The notes: a model not told the origin generated them from the letters alone. Counted from the first letter of the stretch, positions 9,651 to 20,261 are shown. The stretch: DNA of 64,000 nt from Trueperaceae bacterium (GCA_034520945.1 JAXHNB010000002.1:64001-128000); one strand, 5' to 3'. Made by a program: numbers and translations.

Positions 9651-10789
9651 CGGCGGCCCCCCGTTCGTCGCTGCCCTCGCCCCAGGGCGCTCCCGTCGCC
9701 GGGCACCTGGGCCGCTGGGGGAAAGAACCCCTGACGCTGCTCGAAGAAGGGGCGGCACTGGGCGAGGCATTCGAGCTTCGCCTGTGGCGGCGCGCCGTGG
9801 TCGGGTACTCCACCGCGTGGAACCGGACCGTGCTGGGCGACCTGGACACCTTCCGAAGCCGCGGCAGCCTCAGCGGCATGACGCCGTACCTGAACGGGGG
9901 CGTCGTCATGACCGACCCGCCGGCGCACGCCGAGCGCAGGGCCCAACTGAACCCGCACTTTCACGCGACGGCGCTGGCGCCGCTGCGCGAGCGGCTGGCG
10001 CGTACGGTCGATCGCGAGCTGCCGCGCGGTTCGTTCGACACCGTCGCGTGGTCGCTTCGGGTGGTGCCGGCGCTGCTCAACGAGGCGTTCTTCGGAGGTT
10101 CGTTCCCGCCGGCGCTGCTGGCGCACTTCCTGGCGCCGCTGCACCGGCCGTTGCCCGGGCCGCTGCTACCGCGGCCGGTGCGCTTCGCCCGCGTGCGGCG
10201 CCAGATCGCGCGCCGCATGGGGCACGCCCCGGAGGGCGCGCTCGTGAACGAGCTGGCGCACCTACCGGGCGCGGCGGAGGAGGTGCGGGTGTCGCTGGCC
10301 GCCGGGTTCGACACCACCTCGCACACCCTCTCCTGGGCGTTGTGGTTCCTCGCGTCGCATCCGGACGCCCGCAACCAGGAAGCCCTGCCACGGTTGATCA
10401 AGGAGACGCAGCGCCTGTACCCGGCCGGCTGGCTGGGCAGCCGCGTCACGTCGCGCCCGTTCACGTTCGAGGGCCGCACCTTTCCGCGGGGCCTGCTGGT
10501 GTTCTACAGCCCCTACCTCACCCACCGCCATCCGGACCTGTGGCGCAATCCGGCGAGCTTCGAGCCGGACCGGTTCGCGTCGCGCCCCCCGGCCTGGGGG
10601 TACATCCCCTTCGCGGCGGGGCCGCGCGCCTGCCTGGGCATGCACCTGGCGCGGATGATGCTCGAGGTGGCGCTGGAGCCGTTCCTGGCCGGAACGCTGG
10701 AGGCCGTGGACGGCGACCCGCGGCCCCGCACCGGCCTGACCCTCGCCCCGCGCGGGCCGTTGCAGGTGCGCTGGGACCCCCGCGCCTGA
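9647..10789 (+). CDS. Cytochrome P450, probable carotenoid hydroxylase (resembles Deinococcus CYP287)
   Basis: AGFDTT I-helix, ETQR, FEPDRF, FAAGPRACLG heme motif; last gene of the carotenoid operon. Confidence 0.88.
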   Translation: MTAAPRSSLPSPQGAPVAGHLGRWGKEPLTLLEEGAALGEAFELRLWRRAVVGYSTAWNRTVLGDLDTFRSRGSLSGMTPYLNGGVVMTDPPAHAERRAQLNPHFHATALAPLRERLARTVDRELPRGSFDTVAWSLRVVPALLNEAFFGGSFPPALLAHFLAPLHRPLPGPLLPRPVRFARVRRQIARRMGHAPEGALVNELAHLPGAAEEVRVSLAAGFDTTSHTLSWALWFLASHPDARNQEALPRLIKETQRLYPAGWLGSRVTSRPFTFEGRTFPRGLLVFYSPYLTHRHPDLWRNPASFEPDRFASRPPAWGYIPFAAGPRACLGMHLARMMLEVALEPFLAGTLEAVDGDPRPRTGLTLAPRGPLQVRWDPRA

Positions 10790-10831
10790 CGGCCTACCCT
10801 GCACGGACGTCGGGCGCGCGGCAGGGTGCGC

Positions 10832-11440
10832 CTACTCGCCGCGGTTCCGCACCGGCGTCCACCAGCGAAAGCTGCGCGCCACGTCGTCGAACGGGTCCCA
10901 GTCGAAGCTCTCCCAGCGCATGATGCGGACCACCCCGTCGTCGCTCGGCACCAGGTAGCTGGACTCGCGGTAGGGCGTCCCGTCGCCCGCGTGGTAGGTG
11001 ACCGTGACCCGCACGCCCTCCGTGCCGGGGCCCAGCGCCACCTGCTCGGTGTCGGCGTCCGGACCGTACTGCTCCTTCAGCTGCGCCTCCACGCTGGTGT
11101 CGCGCAAGAAGACGAGGCTCATGTCGGGGACCGTGGGTTCGCCCAGGTGCGTGGTGTGCACGTAGTAGCTGGCGCCGGACGCCGCCACGCGGTGCGTGCT
11201 CGGCACGTCCAGGGCGAAGCCCCGTTCGGTGTCGACGAAGGTGTGCCACTCCATGGGCGCTTCGTGCGGGGGCGGCATGGTCTGCGGACCCGGCACCATG
11301 GGCGTGTCGTCGCCTCGGTCCTGCGCCCACGCCGCGCTCAGCAGCAGCGCAAGCGCCGCCGCGCTCGCCAACGCGCGCCACCGCTGCCCGCGACTCCCGC
11401 CATGGAAACGAGGGAGCCGGGGCCGAAGGGACCGTGCCAT
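10832..11440 (-). CDS. Secreted hypothetical protein
   Basis: Signal peptide ending AWA-QD; TAGACT 6 nt upstream of the ATG; coding-like codon usage. Confidence 0.7.
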   Translation of the reverse strand: MARSLRPRLPRFHGGSRGQRWRALASAAALALLLSAAWAQDRGDDTPMVPGPQTMPPPHEAPMEWHTFVDTERGFALDVPSTHRVAASGASYYVHTTHLGEPTVPDMSLVFLRDTSVEAQLKEQYGPDADTEQVALGPGTEGVRVTVTYHAGDGTPYRESSYLVPSDDGVVRIMRWESFDWDPFDDVARSFRWWTPVRNRGE

Positions 11441-11449
11441 GGGGCGAGT

Positions 11450-14400
11450 CTAGCCGACCCGGAACGCGGTGGCGAGCGCCGCCGCCAGCGCGTGCGCCTC
11501 GTCCCAACGGTGCTCGTCGTGCCCGAGCTGCTGGACCAGGACCTGGTACACGCGCCGCGTCCGGGCGTGCGCGTCCAAGGGGGGCGCGGGTCCACGAACC
11601 CTTCTTGCTGGAGGAAGCTGGCCAGTTCCTCGCGCTTGTCGCTGCGGAAGCCGGAGACGCGGCCTTCCTCCAGCGCGTCCAGGAGGTCGGCGGCGTCGCC
11701 GTTCAGTTCCTGGGCCAACGCATCGACGCGGTCCAGGAACGTCTCGGTCACGGCGCCCGACCTCTCGAGAGCGGTGCGGTCGACGGGGCGGCCGCGCCCT
11801 TCGCGCCACGCCTGCAGCCACGCCCGAGCGGCCGCCACGCGCGCGGTGAGCAGGGGGGTGGTGTCGCCTGGCAGCAGGTGCTCGGCGGCGGGGGACGCCA
11901 GGAGACCTTCGAGCTGGCCGGCGCGCTCGACCCCCAGGCAGAGCAGGCGCCAGGTCAGGGCCAGGTCGTCGCGCAGGAGGTGGAACACGTGCACGGCGCC
12001 CGCGTCCTGCCACGGGTCGGCCGCGGGCACGGCGATCCGGGTGGCGTACGCCTCGGGCGTGTCACCTCCGGGGTGGGGTGGCCGTTCGCGCGGGGGCAGC
12101 GCGAGCGTGCCGGGGTCAATGATGGCGTGTTGGTCGGCCCGAAGCCGGCCGAGGTCGATCACGTGCGGCGTTTCGTCCGGTGAGGCGTCCTCGTCGCTCC
12201 CGTCGGCACTGCGCCAGAACGCCGCGTCGTCGGCGCGGGCGGTGAGGTAGAACACCTGCCTGCCCTGCTGGCGCGCCACCTGCCGTAGCGCGTCCGCGAC
12301 GGCGTGAAACCGTTCGGGGTCGGCGGTGGTGAGGGCCTCGTCCAGGAACAACGGAAGCGGTTCGCGCCCCCGTTCGGCCTCGGTGGCGAAGGAGATGCGG
12401 ACGGCCAGCAGGAGCTGGGCGAGCGTACCGGTGGACAGTTCGCTCGGGGCGCGCCAGCGGCCGGTGGCGGTCTCGTAGGCACGGAAGGCGGGCCCCTCAT
12501 CGCCTGGTTGGAACGCCAGCCGGTAGCGGTGGTGCGTGAACCGCGCGAAGGCGTCGGCCGCGCGTCGCAGCGTCGCGGGGCGGTGCTCGCTGCGGTGGGC
12601 CGCCTCGACCTGGTCCAACAGGAACGCGCCGGCGGTGGCCCAGGTCGCCTCTTCGAGCCGGTCGCGCAAGCGGTCCTCGGCTGCCTGCCGTGCGGCGTTC
12701 GCGGCTTCCAACCGGCGGGCGGTGGCGGCGTGGTCGACCTCCGCTTCGATGGCGGCGATCTCCTTGGTGAGCGCATCGGCGCGGTGTTGCGCCTGTTCGC
12801 TCTCGGTGTGAAGGGCGCCCAGCGTGCCGCCGGTTGCCGTCCGCGCTGCCTCCAGGATCTCGGGATGCTCGTTCAGGCGACGTTCCGCCGCCTCCGCCCC
12901 TGCGCGCACGCGCGCCCGTTCGTCCACCCGTTCGCGGTACGCGTCCAGCAGGTCCATGCGGGCGCGAAGCTCGTGCTCCAATGCGCGCGCGTCGGCGTCG
13001 GCCAACGCCTGCTCGGCGTCGCTGTCGCCCAGCAGGCCGGCGTGCTCGAACACGCTTCGGCGCTGCGCACGGGCCTCCTCCAGGCGGGCGCGGGCGGCGT
13101 CGATGCGTTCACCGGCGCGCGCCGCCTCGGCCGCGGCGGCGTCGCGGGCCCGCACCCGCTCCGCCAGCGCCTCCAGCGCGCGTTCCAGCATGACGCTGTC
13201 CGGGCTCATCGCCTCGGGGGCCGCTCGGTAGCGCGCTAGGAATCCCAGCACGTCCTGCCGGGCTCGGGCGAGGGACGCCTCCAGGCGCACCCGTTCGGCG
13301 CCGGCCGCGGCCGCGGCCCGATGGGTTCGGTCCCGTTCGTCCACCAGCCGCAACCAGCGTTGCAGCGAGCCGTCGAGGTGGCGCGGGTCGAAGCCCAGCG
13401 TTTCGGCCCGTGCCTGCAGGCGTTTCGCTTCGGCGTCCAGACGTTCACGGGTGCGGGCACGCTGCCGTTCCAGGGTGGCGCGCCGTTCGTCGTCCAGCGC
13501 CCGCGTTCGTGCTTCGGCGATCTCCCGTTCGAGCCGGTCGAGCTGCTGGTGCACGGCGTCCGCGGTCCAGTCGGCCGGCGCGGGAAGTCCCGTGTCCCGG
13601 TACGCCTCCCGGGTGCGGGCGCGACGCCGTGCGTGCGGCCGCGCGGGCGACAGCGCCGCCAAGCCCACGGCGGCGGCCAACGCCGTCAAGGCGTAGGCGG
13701 GGTGGACCGCGGTGGCGGCCCACGCCGCCACGGCGACGGCGGCGATCACCGTGACCAGGCCGATCCGGCGCCGCAGGGGCCAGGACGGCTGGTGCGCGCG
13801 CAGCCACGCCGCCAGGTGCCGCCGGCCCTCGTCCAGCACGACGGGGTCGGGCGCCTCCGCGGCCGGCGCCGGCAGGGCGTCCAGGGCGGCTTCGAGCGCG
13901 GCGCGTTCGGCGTCCAGCGCGCGCTTGGCCTCGAGCTCCGTCTCGGCGGCGCGGACCGTGTCGGGACCCAGCCGCGCGGCGGCCTCGGGCGCTGGCGCGC
14001 CGAGGTCCTCGCGGGCGGCCCGCAGGCGGATGCGCTGCGCCGCCTCCTCCCGGGCCTGCGCGGCGTACGTCCCCTCCTGCGTGCGCAGGTGGGCCACCGC
14101 GGCGCGCCACGGTTCCAAGTCGGCATCGGACGGGTGGTGCGGGTCCAGGCCGGTGTGGTGCGTCCGCCGTTGCGCCTCGGCCTGGTCCCGTTCGGCCGCT
14201 GCGAGCGCGCGCGTCGCCTGGTCGTGCGCGTTGTGCGCCGTGTCCAGTTGCCGCAGCAGGTCGCCGTGCAGCAGCTCCATGCCGGGCGGAAACGCCTCCA
14301 ACGCCACCTCGAGCTCCCGCATGCGGGCCTCGGCGGCGTGAAGCTCCCGGGCGGCCTGATAGGCGGGCGCCTGGGCGGCCTCGCGCCGGCACGCCTGCAG

Positions 14401-14964
14401 GCGGTTCTGCAGATCATTCAAGCGTGCCTGGTCCGAGGCCAGGGCCTGCTGCGCGCGCTGGGCGGCGCGCACCTCGTCCTCGGCGCGCGCCAGGGCCTGC
14501 TGCTCGGTCTGCCCGTGCCGCGCCTTGACCGAGAATCCTGCCGCGTCGCGCGCTGCGTTCAGGTCGTAGCCCCCGCTGGCTTCGCGGGCCAACGCCTCGG
14601 CGATCCGCGTGTCGGTGTCGCCGAGGGCGGTGAGATCCTCGATGCGGAGGGTGTAGCACGGCAGCAGGTGCGGTTCGGGCAGTGGTGGAGCCGCCACCCG
14701 CACGCCTGCCCGGTGCCACGCTACCTCGTCGCCGACGCGGTGCGCCTGCAGCGTGCCCTCGTCGTCCTCGAAGTCGGCTTCGACGGTGACGCCGCGTGCG
14801 CGGTAGGCGCTCGGGTCCAGCAACGCCACGACCGCGCGAACCACGCTGCTCTTGCCCGAGGCGTTGGGGCCGACCAGCACGTTGATGCCGCCGCTCAGGC
14901 CGTCCAGCTGAAACGGCGTCTCGATCCCGGGCAGACGGTCGATGCGGAGGCGGGCGAGCTTCAC
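11450..14964 (-). CDS. Rad50/SbcC-like (YhaN-type) coiled-coil ATPase; apparent 1-nt frameshift at about 11580
   Basis: Walker A GPNASGKS, long coiled coil, LSTGT signature, LFLDE. One extra base in the G6 run at 11579-11584 gives DPRPPLDAHART...FRVG* ending at 11450 and removes the overlap with the next gene. Confidence 0.85.
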
Positions 14965-16250
14965 GAAGCGAGGTCCTCACGCTGGGCCAACAGCACGTCC
15001 AGCGCGCGCAGGGCGGCCGCATCCAGCAGTTCGGCGATTCGTTCGTCGTCCAACGGCTCGGTGCCGACGTCGCGAAGGTAGCGACTCTCCCGCACGCTCC
15101 GGAGGTGGGGTCGCGCCTCCTGGATCAGGGCCTGGCGGGCCGGATCGTCCGTGCCCTCGCGGAGCAGCAGCAGCCGCGCCGCCAGCAGCCCCACCGGGTC
15201 GCTGCCCTGCGCCAGGGCGTGCAGGTCGACCTCGGGCAGGGCGTCCAGATGCCAGGCGTGCACGAAGTAGGCCACATCGCCGCGGTGCTGCACGCTGCGC
15301 CTGGGGTCGTCACCCTCGAGCAGGCGTTGCACCTCGCGCCGGTAGCCGGTGCGGCCGCCCAGGCGCAGGCGGCACCCCACGGCGCGCGGGGGGTGCGTCC
15401 CGGACGCCACCCGCCGGTCCAACGCGTCCAGCGCGGCGGCGATGCGGACGTGCACCTGCTCGGGCGCCGCCAACTCGCTGACGTCGATGGGCACCTCCTC
15501 CCACCGCAGGGGCGCCAGCGGTAGGTGCGTCACGGACAGCGTGCCGTCCTGGGTCACCTCGAGGAGCCAGGGGCCGTGCGGGCCGGGCTCGCCCGGGTCG
15601 GTGCCGACCAGCGAGCCGAGGTACCCCATCGGGCGCGGCCCGGGCGCGAGGTCGGGGGCGTGGAGGTGCCCCAGCAGCCAGGCGTCCACGGGGGCGGCGC
15701 GCAGGTCGGCGCTGCGGACCGGGGCGTAGGGGCTGCCGGTCGCGTCCCGGTCGGCGTGCAGCAGGCCGATCACGGGGAGCGCGTCCTCGCGCGGGGGCAG
15801 CCCGTCCGCGAGCGGGTCGCCGGGTGCGGTGTCGTGCGGGAACGACCAGCCCAGGATGTGGGCCTGCACCCCGTCTGCGCCGGTGAGCGTCTCGGCCTGC
15901 CAGCGGCCGTCGCGGCCGAGCAATGTCACGCCGGACACCGCCTCCGCCAGTCGGGGCAGGACGCGCACGTCGTGGTTGCCGGACACCGCCAGCACCCGGA
16001 TTCCGGCGTCGGCCAGCTCCTCGGCGCCACTGCGCAGGTCGGCGTACGCTTCGAAGAAGTCGCTGTCGTCGTCGACCACGTCGCCGGCCAAGAGCACGGC
16101 GTCCACCGACAGCTGGCGCGCCTCCGCCACCGTGCGGCGCCAGGCGGCGGCGGGCCCCAGCTCCGCCGCGCGCACGCTGGGCGCGAGCCCCTCTGGCAGC
16201 CGCGAGGGTTGGCGGCCGAGGTGAAGGTCCGCGCAGCACAGCAGCTTCAT
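14961..16250 (-). CDS. Mre11/SbcD-like metallophosphoesterase nuclease (YhaO-type)
   Basis: DLH, AGDVVD, GNHD, LLH, GHLH phosphoesterase motifs; GTGA overlap with the ATPase. Confidence 0.9.
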   Translation of the reverse strand: MKLLCCADLHLGRQPSRLPEGLAPSVRAAELGPAAAWRRTVAEARQLSVDAVLLAGDVVDDDSDFFEAYADLRSGAEELADAGIRVLAVSGNHDVRVLPRLAEAVSGVTLLGRDGRWQAETLTGADGVQAHILGWSFPHDTAPGDPLADGLPPREDALPVIGLLHADRDATGSPYAPVRSADLRAAPVDAWLLGHLHAPDLAPGPRPMGYLGSLVGTDPGEPGPHGPWLLEVTQDGTLSVTHLPLAPLRWEEVPIDVSELAAPEQVHVRIAAALDALDRRVASGTHPPRAVGCRLRLGGRTGYRREVQRLLEGDDPRRSVQHRGDVAYFVHAWHLDALPEVDLHALAQGSDPVGLLAARLLLLREGTDDPARQALIQEARPHLRSVRESRYLRDVGTEPLDDERIAELLDAAALRALDVLLAQREDLAS

Positions 16251-16347
16251 GTGCGTTCCATCGTCGCACGCGCGCGCCAGGCGCGGGCCCGGAGCCGGGT
16301 GTGCGGCCCACGGAGCGTGGGCCGCGGCCGAAGGACGCCGGGCAGCC

Positions 16348-17262
16348 TCAGGCGCCGATGCCGACCAGGGGATCGCCCTGGTTGATCGCCAGGCTGCTCA
16401 CCCCGAACAGGACGCGCCCGTCGATGGGGCTGACGGCCTCCTGCAGCGGTTCGCCCAGCAGGGAGCGCAGCGTGCCCACCGCCTGGCCGGCTCGGAGGCG
16501 CTGGCCGGCGGTGACGGTCGGATACCACAGGCCGTCGTGCTCGGCGCGCAGCCACGCGAACTCCCGTAGCACCGTCGCGTCCGGCGCCTCCCCTTCGCCG
16601 TCGCGCATGCCGAGGTGCGCCATGACGCGCGTCACGCCGTCCGCCAGGCGGCCCACCTCCGCCTCGGGGCGCAGTCCCTGGCCGCTGGCCTCCGGCAGGA
16701 TCGCCGGGATGCTTCGCGCCGCGGCGGCGGTGATGGTCGACCCGAACCCCTCGGACGCGATCAGGGTGGGGATGCCGAACGCGCGGGCGAGCGCCTCTGC
16801 GGCACCGTCGCCGGCGGCGAACAGCGTGAACGGGTCCAGGGGCTCGATCAGGTCGCCGCCGTGCAGGTCCACGTACGCGTCCGCGGCGGCGATGAACTCG
16901 GTCGTGAACCAGTGCGCCAGCCGCTGCGAGAACGTTCCGTTCGGGTCGCCCGGGAACTGGCGGTTGAGGTTCTTGCCGTCCACGGGGTTCACGTAGATGG
17001 TTCGGGCGAAGAACGACGGCGGGCACAGGATCGGGAGCACCACCAGCGTGCCGCGGAGCGTGGCGGGATCTACGTCCATCGCCCGGTAGGCCGCCTCGAT
17101 CGAGGCGTACTCCGCGCCGTGCACGCCGGCGCTGAGCAGCAGCGTCGGCCCGTCGGTGGCACCGCGAATCACGGCGTAGGGCAGTTCGATGGCGGGGGAG
17201 AGGTCGGGGCGCAGCATCCCGCGGTGGGTGCGGCCCGCGGCGAAGCGGGTGGGGTCGAACAT
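16348..17262 (-). CDS. Succinylglutamate desuccinylase/aspartoacylase-family (M14) deacylase
   Basis: GVHGAE, NLNRQFPG, DLHGG and a C-terminal biotinyl-like domain. Confidence 0.9.
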   Translation of the reverse strand: MFDPTRFAAGRTHRGMLRPDLSPAIELPYAVIRGATDGPTLLLSAGVHGAEYASIEAAYRAMDVDPATLRGTLVVLPILCPPSFFARTIYVNPVDGKNLNRQFPGDPNGTFSQRLAHWFTTEFIAAADAYVDLHGGDLIEPLDPFTLFAAGDGAAEALARAFGIPTLIASEGFGSTITAAAARSIPAILPEASGQGLRPEAEVGRLADGVTRVMAHLGMRDGEGEAPDATVLREFAWLRAEHDGLWYPTVTAGQRLRAGQAVGTLRSLLGEPLQEAVSPIDGRVLFGVSSLAINQGDPLVGIGA

Positions 17263-17334
17263 GGGGAAGCCTCCTCGGACCCGAGCCTATCCGCCGCGCC
17301 TTGGCGAAGAACGATGCGGCACGAGAGTGGTACG

Positions 17335-17343
17335 TGCTATAGT
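17335..17343 (+). promoter_or_regulatory. Extended -10 promoter element TGcTATAGT for the ABC operon
   Basis: TGnTATAGT about 40 nt upstream of ATG 17384, in an AT-richer stretch. Confidence 0.55.
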
Positions 17344-17383
17344 TTCCTTCTCACAACACGTAGCAACGGAAAGGGAGGACTCC

Positions 17384-18391
17384 ATGAGAATGCGGTGGTT
17401 GATCTCGTTGGCATGCGTCCTGTTGTTCGGAAGCGCGTCGTCTCAGGGCGACGTCATCGTCTACTCGCCGTTCAATGACGAGTTCATGCAGGCCTTGGCG
17501 GAGCCTTTCACGGAGGACACCGGTTCGCAGGTCCTCAACATCGTCATTTCGACCGGTGAATCCCAGAGTCGCTTGCGTGCAGAGGCGCAGCGGCCACAAG
17601 CCGACGTGTGGCTGTCGGTCCGTCCGGCCGTCCTCCATCAAGCGTACGAAGAAGAACTGATCGAACCGTACGAACCCGCCGGTGCGGATACCGTGTTGCC
17701 CGCCTACCAGTACGACGAAGCGCATATTCAAGCGGTCGGTACCTATCCGTTGGTGTTCTTCTACAACTCGAACCTGGTGGAGCAGATGGGCATCGAGCCG
17801 CCCTCGGGCGACTGGGACCAACTCCTGGTCGAGGAATACGCCGACAACGTCGTCATGCCCCACCCGGCCACGTCGGGCACGGCCCGGGCCGCACTCGGCA
17901 CGATGCTGCAAATGCCCATGCAGGCGGGGGGCAGCGAGGACGATGGCTGGGCCTACGTCTCGGAACTGAACCGAAGCGTGGCGCAGTTCACGCGCAGCGG
18001 GCGGGCGCCGCAGACGCTGGTCGCCCAGGGCGAGTATCCCGTCGGCATCGGCTTCTACGACGCCGTGTGGCAGCTGCAGCAGGAGGGTTTCCCGCTCGAG
18101 GTGGTGGTGCCCGATCCCGTGTTCGCCGAGCCGTACGGCGCCGCGCTGGTCGCGGGCGGTCCGAATCCTGAAGCGGCGCGGGCGTTCTTCGACTACCTGT
18201 TGACGCCGACGGCGCAAGAGATCCTGACGCAGTTCGGCAACTACCCGATCATCGACGGCGTGTCGCCGCCGGAAGGTGGCGTGAGCATTCCGAGCGAGCA
18301 GGTGATCGACGTTCCGTTCCAGTGGCTGGCGGACAATACGGACCGGCTTCTGGAGCGCTTCCAGGAAGAAACCCAGGCCGAACCGCAGTAG
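17384..18391 (+). CDS. ABC transporter substrate-binding protein, Fe3+/polyamine/2-AEP class
   Basis: GGAGG RBS, signal peptide, RLRAEAQRPQADV, MPHPATSGT, AFFDYLL motifs. Confidence 0.88.
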   Translation: MRMRWLISLACVLLFGSASSQGDVIVYSPFNDEFMQALAEPFTEDTGSQVLNIVISTGESQSRLRAEAQRPQADVWLSVRPAVLHQAYEEELIEPYEPAGADTVLPAYQYDEAHIQAVGTYPLVFFYNSNLVEQMGIEPPSGDWDQLLVEEYADNVVMPHPATSGTARAALGTMLQMPMQAGGSEDDGWAYVSELNRSVAQFTRSGRAPQTLVAQGEYPVGIGFYDAVWQLQQEGFPLEVVVPDPVFAEPYGAALVAGGPNPEAARAFFDYLLTPTAQEILTQFGNYPIIDGVSPPEGGVSIPSEQVIDVPFQWLADNTDRLLERFQEETQAEPQ

Positions 18392-18426
18392 CCATAGACC
18401 GCACGTCACCCTCAGCCAAGACTGTG

Positions 18427-18459
18427 CGCGCGACGTTCCGGAAGGGGACGCGTCGCGCG
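18427..18459 (+). terminator. Intercistronic stem-loop between binding-protein and permease genes
   Basis: CGCGCGACG (18427-35) pairs with CGTCGCGCG (18451-59); no U-tract, so it may be an mRNA-stabilising hairpin. Confidence 0.45.
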
Positions 18460-18505
18460 TGCGGGTCTGTGGAAGCGATCTGATTCAGTGGGAGCCGATG
18501 ATCCC

Positions 18506-20248
18506 GTGACCGACGCGACCGAGGCCGCTCCAGCCGTGCGGCGCGTACGCACGCGCCCTCGCTTCTTACGTGAACCTGCGGTGCTCGTTGCCTACCTGGC
18601 CGTGATCTTCACCGTTCTCGCGCTGGTCCTGCTACCGACCTACAGTATTCTCGTGGAGAGCATCCGCGTCGACGAAGGCTGGAGCCTGGCGAACTACCAG
18701 CGGTTCTTTTCGTCGATCCACTTCCGGAACACGCTCTACAACACGCTCGCGGTGGCGTCCATCGCCACCGCGATCTCGCTCGTGCTGGGACTGACGTTCG
18801 CGTACGTGGTGGTGCGTACGCGGCTGCCGCTTCGTGGCTTCTTCGCCGCGGTCGTTCTCGTGCCGATGCTGCTGCCAGCATTCCTCATCGCATTCGCGCT
18901 CATTCTTCTGCTCGGACGCAACGGTGTCGTGAACCAGTTCCTGTTCAAGTTGGGCGAGACGCTGGGGCTGGCCGACCCGTCGGTACTCCAGTGGGTCATC
19001 TTCGGTCCGCACGGGGTGATTCTGGCGCAGACGCTCACCTTCTTCCCCATGGCGTTTCTGGTGTTCAGCGCTGCGCTATCGGCCATCGACGCGAGGCTGG
19101 AAGAAGCAGCCGAGGACCTCGGGGCAGGCTACGGAACGATCATGCGGCGCGTGACCCTCCCGCTACTCGTTCCCGCAGCGTTCAGCTCAGCGCTTCTGGT
19201 GTTCATGTTCAACGTGTCCGCCTTCGGCGCCCCCGCCATTCTCGGGGGTCGGGGTCTGTTCTTCGGCAACGCCAACATGCTTGCGCCTGAAGCGATCCTG
19301 CAGATTCTCGGCGTGTACAACTGGGGGATGGGCGCGACGATCGCGGTGATCCTGATCGTGCCTTCGCTGCTGTTGTACGTCGTGGGCGAGTTCTACGTGA
19401 AGCGACGAAGCTACGTCACGGTGACGGGCACGCCTACGGCGTTCGAGCCACGCAAGGTACCAAGGCCGGTCGCCGCGGTCTTGTTCCTGGTGTGCTTGGC
19501 GACCTCGCTGTTCATCCTGGCCGTCATCGTCGTGATGGGATTCGGTGCTTTCACCCAAACGTGGGGGGTCGATTACGGCTTTACGTGGCAACACATGGAG
19601 ACGGCGCTGAATGCATCGCGCCGTTCGATCACCAACAGCATTTGGATGTCGCTCGTCGGTGCCCTCGCCGCCGCCGTGTTCGGGATCTTGGCCGCCTACC
19701 TCTACGGTCGCCGTCCGTTTCCCGGCGTGCAAGTCCTGGACTTCACCACCATGTTGCCCTATGCCCTGCCGGGCGTGGTGATGGGGCTCGGGTTCGCAAT
19801 CGCGTTCAGTGGCCGCATCGGGTTCGTCGTCCTCTCGGGCACGGCGCTCATCATCCTCCTCAATCACTTCATTCGGCGCATGCCGTTCGGGCTCCGGAGT
19901 GGCGCCGGCGCCCTCAAACAGATCGACCCCGAGATCGAGGACGCCGCCGCCGATTTGGGCGCCTCCCCCGTCTATAGCTTCACGAGGGTGACCTTGCCGC
20001 TGTTGCGCGCCACCTTTCTCGGCGCATTCGTCTTCGGCTTCATCAACATGATGACGGACATCACTGCCGTGATTTTCCTGGTGTCGCCTCGCTGGCGGCT
20101 GTTGTCGATCGACCTCTTCAACGCGATCGACGCAGGCCGGCTCGGTGTGGCTGCTTCTTTGTCCGTCATCATGGTGCTGTCGACGTTCGCCATCTTGCTT
20201 TTCGCGTGGTGGTTGAGCGGGCGGAGCGACGAGCTCCTTCGTCGCTAG
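18506..20248 (+). CDS. ABC transporter permease, FbpB-like (two fused domains)
   Basis: Two EAA loops (LEEAAEDLGA, IEDAAADLGA); many TM helices; start 18488 or 18506. Confidence 0.9.
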   Translation: MTDATEAAPAVRRVRTRPRFLREPAVLVAYLAVIFTVLALVLLPTYSILVESIRVDEGWSLANYQRFFSSIHFRNTLYNTLAVASIATAISLVLGLTFAYVVVRTRLPLRGFFAAVVLVPMLLPAFLIAFALILLLGRNGVVNQFLFKLGETLGLADPSVLQWVIFGPHGVILAQTLTFFPMAFLVFSAALSAIDARLEEAAEDLGAGYGTIMRRVTLPLLVPAAFSSALLVFMFNVSAFGAPAILGGRGLFFGNANMLAPEAILQILGVYNWGMGATIAVILIVPSLLLYVVGEFYVKRRSYVTVTGTPTAFEPRKVPRPVAAVLFLVCLATSLFILAVIVVMGFGAFTQTWGVDYGFTWQHMETALNASRRSITNSIWMSLVGALAAAVFGILAAYLYGRRPFPGVQVLDFTTMLPYALPGVVMGLGFAIAFSGRIGFVVLSGTALIILLNHFIRRMPFGLRSGAGALKQIDPEIEDAAADLGASPVYSFTRVTLPLLRATFLGAFVFGFINMMTDITAVIFLVSPRWRLLSIDLFNAIDAGRLGVAASLSVIMVLSTFAILLFAWWLSGRSDELLRR

Positions 20249-20261
20249 AGGGAGGAACTTC

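Noticed and set aside
11338..11449. ORF-track C-terminus of the Rad50-like ATPase overlapping the next gene
   Set aside because: Better explained by the frameshift at about 11580, with the true stop at 11450.
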